From Eledone cirrhosa (taxonomy: Eukaryota): DNA of 64,000 nt. The position numbers and the translations under genes are program-made. The number at the start of each line of letters is the position of its first letter. Position 1 is the stretch's first letter. Shown piece after piece: positions 24,801 through 39,320 of the stretch. Where the stretch lies: the NCBI GenBank assembly GCA_964016885.1, contig OZ024741.1, positions 183,830,001 to 183,894,000 on the forward strand, given 5' to 3'. The notes under the pieces were generated by a model. It saw nothing but the letters and a program-made list of their open reading frames with translations, searched no databases and was not told the DNA's origin.

Positions 24801-27303
24801 GGTCTTTGAAGGACCAAAACGGACACGTGATACGTGAGCCGAAGCAGATGTGTGCGGCCTTTCAGCGGCAATTTGCTCAACTGTTCGAGCAGGGCGGCGC
24901 GCCGGGAGGAGCTATGGATTTTGGTCCATACCTCGACGGCCTATCGCGACTCTAGGACAGCGAGGCAAAGTTCTGCGAAAAGCCGATTTCGGCCGCTGAG
25001 CCAATGCGTTGAGCCAATGCGGCAAACGCAAATCTCCAGGTCTCGACGGTCTACCCTACGAATTTTACGTAGCAATGCCGGACTTATTCTCCGGTCTCCT
25101 GGAAGCGGTCTACTGCAACTGGCAACAGAACGGGAGAATTCCCAGTTCTGTGACCGGGGGCGTAATCACACTAGTCAGGAAGGACGAGAATAAGGGGATG
25201 ACATAGGCAACCTCCGGCCCATAACTCTGCTAAACACAGAGTTACAGATTTTGGCCAAGGTGTTGGCAAAGAGGCTGGCGCTTGTCGTCGAAAACCTGGT
25301 GGGAGAAGCGCAGACATGCGCAATCCCGACCAGGTCCATACACAACAACCTCCACCTCATGCGATACATCATAGAGAGGGTAGGGTGTAAACTCGGCTTC
25401 GGTGAGGCCCTAATCAACTTGGATCAGTCTAAGGCTTTCTAAGGCTTTCGATAGGGTTGGCCATCGTTACCTGGATGCAGTGCTCGAGGCGGCAGGCTTC
25501 AGACCTGTGTTCAGGGGCTAGATTGCTGCAATGCACAACAGCAACATATGCTCAAGGGTCAAGGTGAACGGCTACCTCTCGGAGCCGTTCCATATCACAC
25601 GATCCATTCGACAGGGATGCCCTCTCCCCCCCCCCTTCTGTACGTACTGACTCTCGAGCCACTACTGCGGAAGTTGGAGCTATTGCAGGGCATCCCTCTG
25701 GAATCGGGATTGCGGAAAGCGGCGTCGGCCTACGCCGACGACGTGACAGTAATGGTGTCTAGCGCCTCGCAAATCGAGGAAGTCGGCACCTTACTGAAGG
25801 AATACGAAAGGTTCACAGGAGCGAAGCTGAACCGGGACAAGTCCATCGGTTTGCAACTCGGATCGTGGAAAGGAAAACCGATGCCTTCCGATGGCGTCGT
25901 CTGACGCTGGACGGAAGGACCAGTAAAGCTCCTCGGGGTCTGGTTTGGTCCGGACCTCCAGGTGGAAAAGAACTGGAACGAGGTGTCGGCCAAGGTGTTT
26001 GTACTCACCCAGAAGTGGGTCGAGCGCAAACTATCCTTGAAAGGTCGAGCGGAGGTGGCGAACACTTTTATAGCGTCCGCCATCTACTACCGCTAGACCG
26101 TCGTGCCTTGTCCAGCCAAAACGCTCGCCAAAATGGAGCGCGCACTCTTCCAATTCCTTTGGAAGAGGCGGGCTCCTTTGGTGAGACGATCCATCTGCTG
26201 CCAACACTCTTCCAACGGAGGGCTGGGGTTTCCGTGGCTGACGATGCGCAAACACGCGCTCAGGCTGTGGCATCTCTACGTATTCCTCACCGGACAACCG
26301 GTGTGGGCCCCGTTCGTGAAGCGAGCCTTCCCACGACTCGTCTCGCTGACCGAGCTGCAGTCCTGGGTCAAGCAAAGACCGAGGAAAATGGGCTACTGGG
26401 ACATCGAATGTGCTCAGGCGTTCAGTGGAGACTCCACTTCGTTATTCTATAGAGGGTTGATCCGCAGTAAGTGCGACGACGCGCTCGGTGAAACTCTGGG
26501 CGTAGAGGAAGAAGAACTGGCCACTCTGTTCGGTAGGACCTTCCGCCCGGGACCGATGGACAACTTCCAAAAGTCCCTGGTCTGGCAGTGCTACCGAGGA
26601 GCTCTACCAGTTCGTGACAAGCTCTACAGACATGGGCGCCCGGTCAGGGACCCTGCAAAAAAGATGTGTCCGAGGTGCGTGCGAGACGAAGAAACCGTCG
26701 CGCACGCATTAATACACTGCCCGGGCGTCACCGACCTGTGTGGCTATGGAGAACGACTATTGTTGCGGGTGGGACCAGTCCAGTTGACCACCGAGTCCAT
26801 TGTCATGATCAAACCGCCATCCTCCTTCAAAAACGAAGGAGAGGCGGTTTTCCTTTGTGTGATAGCTATGGCGAAAGAGATTGTATGGTGGACAAGGTTG
26901 AAAGGGCTGAGGTCAGACACCTTTCTCTCCGGCCAACAACTGATCCTTTTTTTCAAATACCACTTTGGAAGAAGAATCAGGATGGAGAGAGAGGTGCTGT
27001 ACCCCAGCAAGTTTTATGAAAGGTGGGTGAAAGTGGCGAGAATGGCCCGAGTGAATGGGCTTTCTCTCTATATCAGCCTGTAGGTTGAGGAAAAAGAGTA
27101 GAGGAAAGGAGTACAAACTCTTCGTACTCCTGGAGATGAGGGTTGCACATTTTTTTTCGGGAGTATGTGTTACCCATATGTAATGTCTCCCCCTATTGGG
27201 GAAAATCGACTAATTTTTAAATAGCATTTGTGATATTTTACACGTTTTTATTGTATGTAAACTTCCCCCTTTGTATTTTGTGCCCTTGTGGCTAATAAAG
27301 AAA
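21850..27303 (+). mobile_element. Tx1/L1-type LINE copy 2, near full length and disrupted: ORF1 (~22087-23718) and ORF2 (23734-27083)
   Basis: 5' cattcagtc; ORF1 knuckle CYHCLSSGHLKAYC; ORF2 NVRGL, AICES, GDWNG, KSPGLDG, AYADDV, CPRC..HALIHC; 3' end cccttgtggctaataaagaaa. Confidence 0.93.
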
Positions 27304-27655
27304 CATATCTATTATCAGTCTGTCTGTGTGTCAGCATGTCTGCCCCAATCTCTCTCACTCTCCCTCTTTCTCTCTCTCTCTCTATATATATGTATATTTA
27401 CACACACGCGCACACCTACACGCATACACACACACACACGTAAACAGACATATATATATATATATCAATGTTGTTTGTGTGCGCGCGCGTGTGTGTATGT
27501 GTGCGTGTCCGTGTATGTGTGCTTCTTTGTGTGTATTTGCGTGTATGTGTGTGTGTGTCTGTGTGTGTGCGTGTACAAACTCGTACGCAGGTGTTTGGAC
27601 AGACATTTATGCGGACACACAAAATACAGAACAAATACATGCACACCCACACACA

Positions 27656-27728
<73 letters not shown>

Positions 27729-28069
27729 CCATAGACACATACATACACAAACACACACACACACATCCATAGACACATACATATACGGAGTGAAGTCAGA
27801 CAATCGCTCAACATCACGGGACATATTTTCAGTTTAACTTTCTATCTCAAATAAACGGATTAGTTGAAAACGAATCTGAAATAGGTTTTATTTGTCAAGA
27901 CGTGATGTTGTGTAGAATATTGAGTTAAACCATCACCCTTTATTTAGTCTATGTTGTTTTTGCTTTTTGTTTAGTATTTCTTTTTTTTTTTAGTTATTTT
28001 TTTTTACCCTTTAATTCCATCTGTGAGTGTTACCATTCATAGCTATTACACACCCAATCCGTCATCAAA

Positions 28070-28391
28070 CTCTCTCTCTCGTTCTCTCTCTCTCTCTCTC
28101 TCTTTCCCTCTCTCTCTTTCTCTCTCTCTCGTTCTCTCTCTCTCTTTCTATTTCTCTCTCTCCACCGTCTCTCTCTTTCTCTGTCTCTCTCTGCCTCCCC
28201 TCTCTCTCTCTCTTCTCTCTCCCCCCTCTCTCTCTTCTCTCTCTCTCGATATCTCAATCTCTCCCTCACGTTCCCTCTCGTTGATATTGCATTCTCTCTT
28301 TCATTCTGCATTCTCGTCTCTCCATACCTATATATCTCTATCTCTCTATATGTATTGTCTTCTCTCTCTCTCTATATATATATATATGTAT

Positions 28392-28457
<66 letters not shown>

Positions 28458-28480
28458 GCTCTCTCTCTCTCTATCTCTAT
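28070..28480. repeat. (CT)n-rich polypyrimidine tract
   Basis: Direct inspection. Confidence 0.9.
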
Positions 28481-28608
28481 CTATCTACTAGTTTCAAATG
28501 TGTGATACCCTATGTCTTCTCTCTGTTTTCTCTTCCTTTCGCTCAGTGATCATTTCTATTCAATTTACATTTACACACACACACACACACACGCACACAC
28601 ACACACAC

Positions 28609-28657
<49 letters not shown>

Positions 28658-28859
28658 CACACACATACCAAACACACACATACACACATACGCAGAAACA
28701 CAGACGCACTCCCAATCCCATCGACACCCATGTACAAACACACCAACACATATAAATATGTATATACTTTCTATGTATACATATACATATATATAATATA
28801 TATATATATTTATATATATATATATACATGCACAGATATATATACAAATGTACAATAAT

Positions 28860-28916
<57 letters not shown>

Positions 28917-29071
28917 ACACACATTGACATACACACACACATACATTGAGTGAATGATATTGAAATATGCACGTGAAAATCATTTGTTTGTTATGCCCAA
29001 CAGTGGTACCTTATCTGTAGAAAGCAACAGATACACATATATATATGCACACACACAAATATATACGTGTA

Positions 29072-29130
<59 letters not shown>

Positions 29131-29141
29131 GTACACACATA

Positions 29142-29195
<54 letters not shown>

Positions 29196-29305
29196 TATAT
29201 ATTATTTGTATGTGCATACTTAATATATACATATACATACAATATATATATATACATATATGAATAAAATATCACTTATATTTACACACACACACATACA
29301 CACAC

Positions 29306-29367
<62 letters not shown>

Positions 29368-29563
29368 CATACATATATGATAAGACTTATATCAATAAGG
29401 ACATACAGAATTGGATTTAACCTGCAGGCATGGACTCTTAAGATAATCAGGTTTGTGAATGCAAATATATTAAAAATGCAACAAATAACAAATATAAAAT
29501 ACTGTGCACACATACGAATATATATATATATCTATCTACATCTATATCTCTTTCTATATATAC

Positions 29564-29607
<44 letters not shown>

Positions 29608-30303
29608 ATATATCTATATATGTATATACGCATATATATAGTGTATATGTGCTTGTATGTATGTACGTATATATGTATTCGTTGAAGCAAAGTACTAAGA
29701 AGATGGCGTACAAGTACTCAGAAGCTGAAGATGATCTGCAATCCTGCCGTTTTCCATCTATCACAAAGACCAATGACAATTCACAAAAACGCCATCATGA
29801 CACCATCTCATTCTATCTTTCCTAACTCTCACTTCTTCAACCATCCCCAACCACCAGCATCGGCCGACACCACTCCTAGCGCCCCCACCGGTGAATTTCG
29901 ATATAACATCACGTGCATATCATCCTTTTGTAATTTCATACATACCCCCAACCCCCACCTCCGCCCACCTCACCATTTCAGAAGCCACTCTCACCTTCAT
30001 ATATGTTAGTAATGACTAATGCATTTAAACACATAAGGACATAGTTACACACACAAACACACACACAAACACACACACAAACACACACAAACACTTCCAA
30101 CAATTATAATCTCACATACATAATAATTACACATAAAAATGTAAATAAATTGTATACACCTATGTCATATACTCACATAAATACATACAAATATACTCAT
30201 GTGTATATATATATATATATAGATAGATAGATAGATAGATAGATATTATTTGTATATACAACCTTTCATATATAGATACATACACACACAAATCTCTCTC
30301 TCT

Positions 30304-30352
<49 letters not shown>

Positions 30353-30664
30353 CGTGTGACTGTGTGTGTGTGTGTGTGTGTGTGTTTGTATGTATGCATG
30401 TATGTATTATGTATGTAAGTATGTATGTCATCCATTACACGGACCACATTCTGTTTGTTAAATCTACAATCTATTAGAAGTGTTTTACCATCGGCTGTTC
30501 AGTATTACTGACATTTCCACCGTCGAAGATGGAGACTGAAAAAAACACCAAAAGCGAACGAAAATCATACAAATATGGCTGCCTAAAAAAATGAAATGTA
30601 ACAAGAAAGCGGAAGATAACGGAAGAAAATTGAGAAATGCATCGTTAGTATATCAAACACATAC

Positions 30665-30767
<103 letters not shown>

Positions 30768-30849
30768 GTTTGTGTGTGAGTGTATTTTGAAGTTATTGAT
30801 CGAAGGTAGGCAATGTAGTCAAATGACAATGATGATGATGATGATATTA

Positions 30850-31216
30850 ATAATTGTTTCTACTTTTGTCACAAGGCCAGAAATTACCACAAGTGTATTA
30901 CTGGTACTTTATTTTATCGACCCCGTAAGGACGAAAGGCAGAGTTAACCTCGGCGAGATTTGAACTCAGAATGGCAAGGGCCGTAACTCAATGCGTCAAA
31001 GCATGGCGTCCGACCCTCTACCGGTACTGCCAATCCGATAATGATTTCTGTTATAGGCGCAAGGCCAGCAATTTTTGGGCGGTTGGGAAAGTCGTTCAAA
31101 TCAACCCGAGTGCATTACTGGTGCTTTATTTTATCGATCCCGGCGGGATTTGAACTCAAACCGTAAAGGGTCGTAACTCTATGATGCAAAGCATGGTGTC
31201 CGTCTCTCTACCGATA
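30850..31216 (-). mobile_element. Two adjacent tRNA-derived SINE copies
   Basis: 30850-31035 and ~31045-31216 match the SINE reverse complement. Confidence 0.8.
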
Positions 31217-31376
31217 CTTTTATAGTATTAATATGTCAGGTTATTTTTTCTTCCATTAGTCGATGATCACCTGCTAATATATTTTTACAACTATGTAATG
31301 TACATATGTTGACAATATAGCGAAGAAAACAAGAGAAAGGAGTATGATGATGATGATGTGGATGATGATGATGATA

Positions 31377-31507
31377 ATGAGGTTAACTTTGCCTTTCATC
31401 CTTACCGGGTCGATAAAATAAGGTACCAGTAATACACTGGGTATTTGCAGGCCTTGTGCCAATAGTAGAAACAATTATAAATTAAAAATAGTTCTGAACG
31501 TGGAATT
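31377..31507 (+). mobile_element. SINE 3' fragment carrying ~30 nt of PLE-derived flank
   Basis: Near-identical to 8617-8747 including the post-SINE flank aaatagttctgaacgtggaatt. Confidence 0.8.
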
Positions 31508-31519
31508 ATAATGGCATTA

Positions 31520-31708
31520 ATAATTGTTTCTACGTTTGGCACAAGGCCAGCAATTATCCCAGTGCATTACTGGTACTTTATTTTATCGACCCCGTAAGGA
31601 TGAAAGGCAAAGTTAACCTCGGTGGGATTTGAACTCAGAATGGCAAGGGCCGTAACTCTATGCGTCAAAGCATGGCGTCCGACCCTCTACCGATACTGCC
31701 AATCCACC
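31520..31708 (-). mobile_element. Full-length tRNA-derived SINE with TSD
   Basis: A-box TGGCAGTATCGG, B-box GAGTTCAAATCC; TSD ATAATGGCATTA at 31508-31519 and 31709-31720. Confidence 0.9.
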
Positions 31709-31899
31709 ATAATGGCATTACTAATGATGATTGTTATGATGATACAGCTGTTGGCGATGCTGGTGATTAATATGGAGATTTGTCGATGTAGGTGACGATG
31801 ATATTTACGATTAGGTTGATGATGATGATGATGATGCTGATGATTATAGGGATGATAGTGATGAAGATGGAAATACATACTCATAGCACGCATACACAC

Positions 31900-32230
31900 A
31901 TTTAATTCCGATACCAAATTTCAGTTACAATGCATTGGTGAACCCTAGGTTTTGGAAGAGGATACTTACGTAAGATTTCGAGATTGACCATAGAGAAATA
32001 TATTTTTGAGGTCCCAGTGCATGAACCCGGTACTGGTTTGGCATGAAGTGTCTGGGTTACATGTGGATGATGTTTGTTTGAGGAAGTTGGGTAGGAATGA
32101 AAGGTGGTATCACTATCATCGGAGTAGGTGTTTTTGGAGTTGATGACAACTAATTCGTTTAAGTCTAGGAAGACGAATGTAGGCAACAAATTCAGAACAT
32201 AGGTCTTCCGAGTGAAATTTGAATATAGCC
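31900..32230 (-). pseudogene. Possible decayed CR1/L2-type RT fragment
   Basis: PTFVFLDLNEL..TYSDDS resembles LFLIFINDL..YADDS. Confidence 0.3.
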
Positions 32231-32852
32231 TAAACAGCAGACATGGACTATAAAACTATAAATAAGGGCTGAGAAGTGAGCAGCATTGTAATGTATCCAT
32301 AATTCCTACCGGCCCAATATACGTAACTTCCAGGTGGGTTTCCAGGGCATTTGATACTGTTGTTTAACCATATGTCCACCCTGGTTATACCCACCTATGA
32401 TCAAAGACATTTCAGACGTGAATATTTCATCTTCTGTTCAGGTAAAATGTAGCTAGGATTACCAGTATCAAGTATCTCTGTGGTAGTTTTAAATCAGAGG
32501 GCGAAGTTGATTTACGATCCAAATACTGTTACAGTCCACCCGTCGAACTTCTCCGCAATTTCTACTCAATTTCACTCATAATATTTTACTTTTAAACAAC
32601 GTTATGCTACAAGTCACTTCCCGAAGGTTCTACTCAGTGGAATCGAATCCTGAACCAAGTAATTACGAAGCGAGCTTTATAACCAAACGGTTATGACAAT
32701 AACAATTACAACCTCGCTCCTTGCTATCAGAGGAACAAGAGAGAGAAGAAAGATTATACCGTTGGTTGACTATGGTGGTCACCAACCCTTCATCAGAATC
32801 AGTAAAACTCATCTACTCTGAAGATCTCATACATACATACATACATACAGAA

Positions 32853-32934
<82 letters not shown>

Positions 32935-33031
32935 ACACACACCCCCCCACACCCCCACACCCACACACCCACACCCACACCCACACACACCCACCCACCC
33001 ACCCACCCACCCACACCCACACGCACACCCA

Positions 33032-33074
<43 letters not shown>

Positions 33075-33798
33075 ATACACGCACACGTACACACACATAT
33101 ATATATATATACATATACATTAATCAACACACATACACACACACACGCACAGGTACACACATATATATATATATATATATACATATACATTAATCAACAG
33201 CTAAATAGTGATGCGGGCCTGAAATAATACTTGTCTCATACAAAAAGTCAGAGTATACACAAATAGAAAAGAACCTCTTAAGATATACTTCATCCTTGTT
33301 AATATATTTTTTTTTGTTTTTACCTTCATTTTCTTTTGCTTTTTTACCTTTTAGAAATTTTACACTGAAGAGACAAAATGTAAGAGGATTTTTTTAAAAC
33401 GAAATAAATAATTTGAAATATAATTACTTTGGTGTTTCTTTTCCATCTGTTTTTAGTATAAGCATATTCATTATATCTTTATTAATATTTTCTTCAAATT
33501 TCAAGATGGACGATTTTCCAATATTTTCTAATATATTCTCAACAATGCATTGAAATGAGTTTAGCTTAGATTGCGGCTAGATGAGAATATTGTAAAAAGT
33601 TATTTAAAATAAAATAAAATGAAATGAAATGGAATAAAATAAACAAAGCCTTTAAAAAAGACATTTGTATTTTATAAAGAATTAAAAATATTCCATAATT
33701 ATCCGGTTTATGGTAATATCACACAGACGTATTTCAAGTAGGGCATTTGGATTTTTAATGAATTCATATAATATAGCTCTTCTCACTTTGTAAATATG

Positions 33799-33855
<57 letters not shown>

Positions 33856-33874
33856 CTATGTTTGTATATATATA

Positions 33875-33921
<47 letters not shown>

Positions 33922-33952
33922 GCATATATATATGTATATATATATGTATATA

Positions 33953-34048
<96 letters not shown>

Positions 34049-34132
34049 AACTTACACACACAGATATATCATATGAATAATCGATATAACCATAACTATA
34101 TATAAATGGGTATATTTTTATATGTAGGTATA

Positions 34133-34205
<73 letters not shown>

Positions 34206-34359
34206 TATATATATTTGCATGCGTGCTTCTGTGTGCGTGCCCACGTATGTGTGTGCGTCTGTGTGTCCCCGCTTGTGTGCGCGTAAAGACAGAGATGCAC
34301 GTATATACATATATGTATGTATACACACACAAATGCATATAACAACAACTCTGGGGATT

Positions 34360-34830
34360 GCCATCGGGTAGAGGAACATTGGATGGGGTGGTGTTGTGTT
34401 ACAGTGTCTTAGTTTAGTGATGAATTGTAGCAAATTTTAGTAAATTATAATAATTTGATCAAGTGTTGATTATGTTTTAGTTTGAACTGATGGTATTGTA
34501 GTTTTTTAGCATGGTGGTATGGGGCAATGTTCTTGACAAGGTGGTGTTTGGTTTGGCTGTGAACCGCGCTAAATGGTTGTTGTGTGTCAGCTTTGATCGA
34601 CCACTCTAGTATACATAAGGAGTTTGTTGAAGGAGACTTAGGTACAACCCAAACATCTTTTTTTCCAGTTATACCATACTACCGTCGAGTTGAGGTATGG
34701 ACCTGCTTCTCCCCAAGGAGTCGTAGAAGCGCCATATTGACATACGGCATTACTAGGACATTTTCTTTTTTAAACCTGGTGGAACCCATCTCCTCTCCAG
34801 GCCTGAATACAGTAGATTTCTTCCAGAAAA
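34360..34830 (-). pseudogene. Possible decayed PLE linker/GIY-YIG fragment
   Basis: Minus strand VLVMPYV...TQQPFSAVHSQ; many disruptions. Confidence 0.25.
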
Positions 34831-34879
34831 CGATAGAGAGATTGAGAGAAAGGAAGTGAGAAAGAGATATAAAGGAAGA

Positions 34880-35036
34880 ATCGACCCCAGTACTTCACTG
34901 GAACTTTTTTATCGACCATGAATGGATGAAAGGCAAAGTTGACCTCGGCGGGATTTGAACTCAGAGAGCAGAGGACCGGAACGAATACTACCAAGCATTC
35001 TATCCGACGTTCTAATGACTCTGTCAAATCGCCGCC
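34880..35036 (-). mobile_element. Older, diverged tRNA-derived SINE copy
   Basis: ggatgaaaggcaaagttgacctcggcgggatttgaactcag core. Confidence 0.75.
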
Positions 35037-35369
35037 TATTCGAATTGAAGACCATATTACAAAATCGAACATCTAATTTTTAATATTGTCAGGTGTTGCA
35101 TGGCATTCTTGACATGCTGTATAATCTCAAATACCGAGTATATTTCTATACATTCGTAGTTTCTGGGAGATCATATTGGAGTCGGGCAAGGTAGACCAAC
35201 ATAGAACCGGATAACATATGCCCTTATCGGCTAATAAAAAAAACTGCACCATACTTCAGTTGTTATGATACTCCTCTTCCTCGAAGGCCCAATAGTTGTC
35301 TTAGCGTCCTTGTTACTTACCGAACGCACCCTAACCAGGAAAACCCATCTTTCGTGTTTAGCGTCGAAG

Positions 35370-35700
35370 AAATGTCCAAGTGATCTATAGTTTATAAATG
35401 TAAAGTTGACACACCCACCACTAGTAAGGCTTACATAGGGTTAACTGCTAATGGATTTAATCAGCGCTTATACATGCATTTCGAAAACTTTAAGAGGAAT
35501 ATGACTTCACTTTCGGCCTTAAAAGACAATAACATCCGATATTAGTTACATTGGGGGATCTTAGCTAAAGTTAGATAATATAACCGAAATAAAAAATGTC
35601 GTTATCTTTGTGCCGCTGAAATTCTGGATGTCCTTTGCGTTAACGAAAGTACTTCAAAGAAAAAACCTGAGCCAATTTCGACTTGAGAACATAAACTGTA
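35370..35700 (+). pseudogene. Degenerate Naiad-like GIY-YIG fragment
   Basis: CKVDTPTTSKAYIGLTANGFNQRLYMH..LKDNNI..HWGILAK..KCRYLC. Confidence 0.6.
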
Positions 35701-35767
35701 TAGAACATTTTTATATTACAGCTCAGCATTATATCCTAACGGATGGTGGATATAATGCTGACCAAAG

Positions 35768-35953
35768 GGCGGTGGATTGGCAGTATCGGTAGAGGGTCGG
35801 ACGCCATGCTTTCCAGCATAGTTACGTCCCTTTACCATCTGAGTTCAAATCCCGCCGAAGTTGACTTTGCCTTTCATCCTTACGGGGTCGATAAAATAAA
35901 GTACCAGTAATGCACTGGTAATTGCTGGCCTTGTGCCTAAAGTAGAAACAATT
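35768..35953 (+). mobile_element. Full-length tRNA-derived SINE with 17-bp TSD
   Basis: A and B boxes; ATTATATCCTAACGGAT at 35728-35744 and 35951-35967. Confidence 0.9.
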
Positions 35954-36574
35954 ATATCCTAACGGATAGTACGGAGACTATCCTGATGATATACGTCATG
36001 ATGTCGTAGCTAAGAAAAATCAAACTTTATACTCAATTTATATTTTTTACATACATACATACTTATATGATGGCTGCAAAATCTGCTAAGAGTATTGCAA
36101 TCGCTTGTCAGATTACAGAAAATGGAGCACTTTTAGGCTACAGCCAGCCACACGAACCTGTAACAGATCCTGAACAAGCAATGTCTGTGATTTGAAGGTT
36201 TTTTTAAGTGGTGAAAAGCCTTGCACTCGACCAATCCCACTCTCTGAGCATCGAAAACGAGAACTGGTCTATATCATCGGATACTTCCGAAGCCGCAGTT
36301 TTTTTTCAGTTTTCCTCTCTTACATACATACATAGTGGCTGCCAACTCGTTTTCAAACTCTGGTACAAACACTACACTTATGACAATTATTGACACATAG
36401 TTCTGGGCCCATGGTACCATGTGACGACAAGTGCAGAGAGATCTCCAGATATAAAGCAATGCCTGTGCCGTGAAGCTTTTATAGTGAGCAAAGGCACTGC
36501 ACAAAGCCAGTCCCACTCTCTTAACCAAGTTGATATTTACCAAAAAGAAGAACAAATCAACGTCATCGGACACC

Positions 36575-36850
36575 ATCAGGGTTGCAGGTGTTATATCAGA
36601 GTTTTCCTTCTCCTAGAATTCTGCCTTGACAAAGGCTAAGGGGTCATGTCTCCCGGTGAGTTTGGCTGGCCATTGACTCTTAAAAGCTCCTTTGCCCTTT
36701 GACAGGTTTTGTTTTTAGTCCTGCAGGATGTCCAAAGTCACCCTCCTCACCAAGAAACCTTGGTGGGGTTGTCAGTTTAGTCGCCAACGACTCGACCATG
36801 AGACAGGTTGTACTGGGATACATGTTACCAGTAGCACCAACTGGTGACCT
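36575..36850 (-). mobile_element. Possible RTE-related 5'UTR/SINE fragment
   Basis: agagttttccttctcctag...aaggct motif recalled from RTE-associated repeats. Confidence 0.3.
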
Positions 36851-37389
36851 TACATACATACATACACACATACAAGTATACATATATAATTTGCATGGCA
36901 CCTTCAAAATTTGCAAAACATTCTTTCGATTCAAGGGATGACAATTTCTTTTCTTTTACAACATTGCCACCAGGAAGGTGGCCGGTCAAAAAATATACTC
37001 GAAATTAAGAGAAAGAGATAACATACATAAATACATGCATACATACATATACATAAGCACTAAATATATATATTTATGTATGTATGTTCTTCTGGTTCTA
37101 TAATTTCGCAAATTTTTGCCAATGGAGAGAGAGTCGGTTTGTAACATAGATACAATACTCTCATTGGAATTTACACATCAACTAGGTAGATATGTATGCA
37201 TATCTGCATGCATGCATGTGTGTGCACGTATGGATATTATTGTAAGTGTGGATGTGTATGTTTTGAGTTGTATGTGTGCATGTGGATACGCTTTGTATCT
37301 GTACAAGTGTATATGCAGTTATTAGATGCAGAATTTTTGGAAAGTTTTACATATTTTTTCTCTTCCATTAATGGATTGTACTTGTAATT

Positions 37390-38570
37390 TCCTAACTAGT
37401 CTGTTTCTGTGAAGCCCAGCCAATTTCTGTGAAGCCCAATAATCACAGGCATAAATCTGAAGGTATAGTCAGGGTGGAGTATCTGCAGATTTCTCATAAG
37501 TTCTGCATAGATATTCTCCTTTTCGCTAATCTTTGATATTATATTGGCATCTGCTGGGCAGCTAACTTCCACTACTGTGCATGCCTTCTTTCCCCTGTCT
37601 CATATCATTATATCATAATATTATTTCCTGGATTCCTATCTCTTTTGTGAATCAGGTATTTCGTGTTGATTTCCTGTTCTTGGATTGCAAAAGCGTATCC
37701 TTCAAAGTGGGAGACAATATAGCGGTTGTTGGTCCAAGATAGACTACTTTCCTTATCTATATTACTCTCAGTCTGGAGCTTCCTGGCAACATATCCATGC
37801 ATGGTTTCTTGCTGATAAGCATGCAGCTTTTCATCCATGGATTCATTATGGTACTGTTAGGCGACTTCCCTGTGTGTCAGTTTTTGATTATCACATAGGG
37901 AATATCTTTCTACCCAACTCTCGTGATCTTATCTGTCTCATGCGGATAGACTTGCTCGATAGACGGGCTCCTACGCTTCGAGGTTCGTAAATGTTGTCGC
38001 AGGTATATAATGTGACATTCAAATGCCGTCTGGACTGATGTTAGGCCTCTGCCTCCCTGTTTACATTTCAAGTAGAGGCGGTCTATATCACGGTTGATGT
38101 GAAAGTTTCCTGTGGTGTTTAGTGTTTTTCGAGTCCTATCATCAATTGCTCAGATTTTGTCTATCGTCCAATCAAGTATTCCAAACGTTGGTGTTAAAAC
38201 AGGCACAGCAAACATATTGTGAGCCACTGTTTTATTCTGCGCAGAGTGTTCCGATGACCATATTTTTCTTAATCGTTACGCGTTCCTTATTACAAATCCC
38301 ATTATAGGATATGTTCTCATCTACCCCCAGGTATCTGTAGCAGTTCTCATCAGATATCGGAGAAACAGTGAGGCCATTGATGAAAATGTTGTTGGATTGG
38401 GTTGTAGTTTTTCCCTGCTTTACAGTCATATATATGAACATTTATCTTGATCAAACTAATCTCCTATATCCTTTGAGAATGTTGTAACCAAGTCAAGATT
38501 TTTCTTCATCCCATCTATGTTCTTGGCATAGAGTTTCAGATCATCCACAAAGAAATTATGGGTTAAATAT
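37390..38570 (-). mobile_element. R4/Dong-like RLE non-LTR retrotransposon fragment
   Basis: LTHNFFVDDLKLYA, YRYLGVDEN, DIDRLYLK..GGRGL, MHGY, EGYAFAIQEQEINTK, VVEVSCP..EKENIYAEL..MPVIIG. Confidence 0.85.
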
Positions 38571-38809
38571 ATGTATGGGTTAAATGTATGTATGGGTTAA
38601 ATATATATATGAATATATGAGTATCTATGTATATGTGTATATATGCAAATATATGCATATATGTGTGTATGTACATATGTACGTCCATTTGCGTTTGTAT
38701 ATGGGTGTATAAATGCATATGTGTGTCTATAATTTCCATTACACCATATTTTCGTTAACGCATGAATCCACACCGTTCAGCGCATATTTTTGTATGAGCC
38801 TAACTCTGA

Positions 38810-38912
38810 AACTATCATTATTAATGTTTTCATTTCATTTCTACCGTCCTGTATTGTCCTGTATTGTCCTTAATGTCTTACTTTGTGTAAACCCTTGTGG
38901 TTAATAAAGAAA
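38810..38912 (+). mobile_element. Tx1-family 3' terminal fragment
   Basis: cccttgtggttaataaagaaa matches the end of Tx1 copy 2 (27283-27303). Confidence 0.55.
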
Positions 38913-39320
38913 GCATAATTAATGTTTTCATTATTATTAATATTAGTATTATTATTATTTACACCTGCAGTATCTTTATGTTTAATCATATTTTTATTGT
39001 TAATATCAGTTTCCATATACGGTAGCTGGAGATTATTTGGCTATTCTAAAAACAACAATAGTTTCCTGATTTTTTATAGCAAGAATATGATTGTTTTCAT
39101 AGCAAGAATTCTCCTTGCATACATACATTTCGCTCATCTCAGGAGAACGTCCTCACGCGGTACCGTTATGTCTTTTTATTTTCTAAAGGCAATATTTGGT
39201 CGAAATATTTCTGTAATAGTTAATTCTGCATCTACAAATTGATATTTCTCAGTTTCAGATGACCCCGCTTAGAGTGAAAGAAGAAATTGTTTGCTTAAAT
39301 GTTTAATCTGTACTAATAAT

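Noticed and set aside
35768-35860. tRNA gene
   Set aside because: A/B boxes belong to the multi-copy SINE head; no complete cloverleaf
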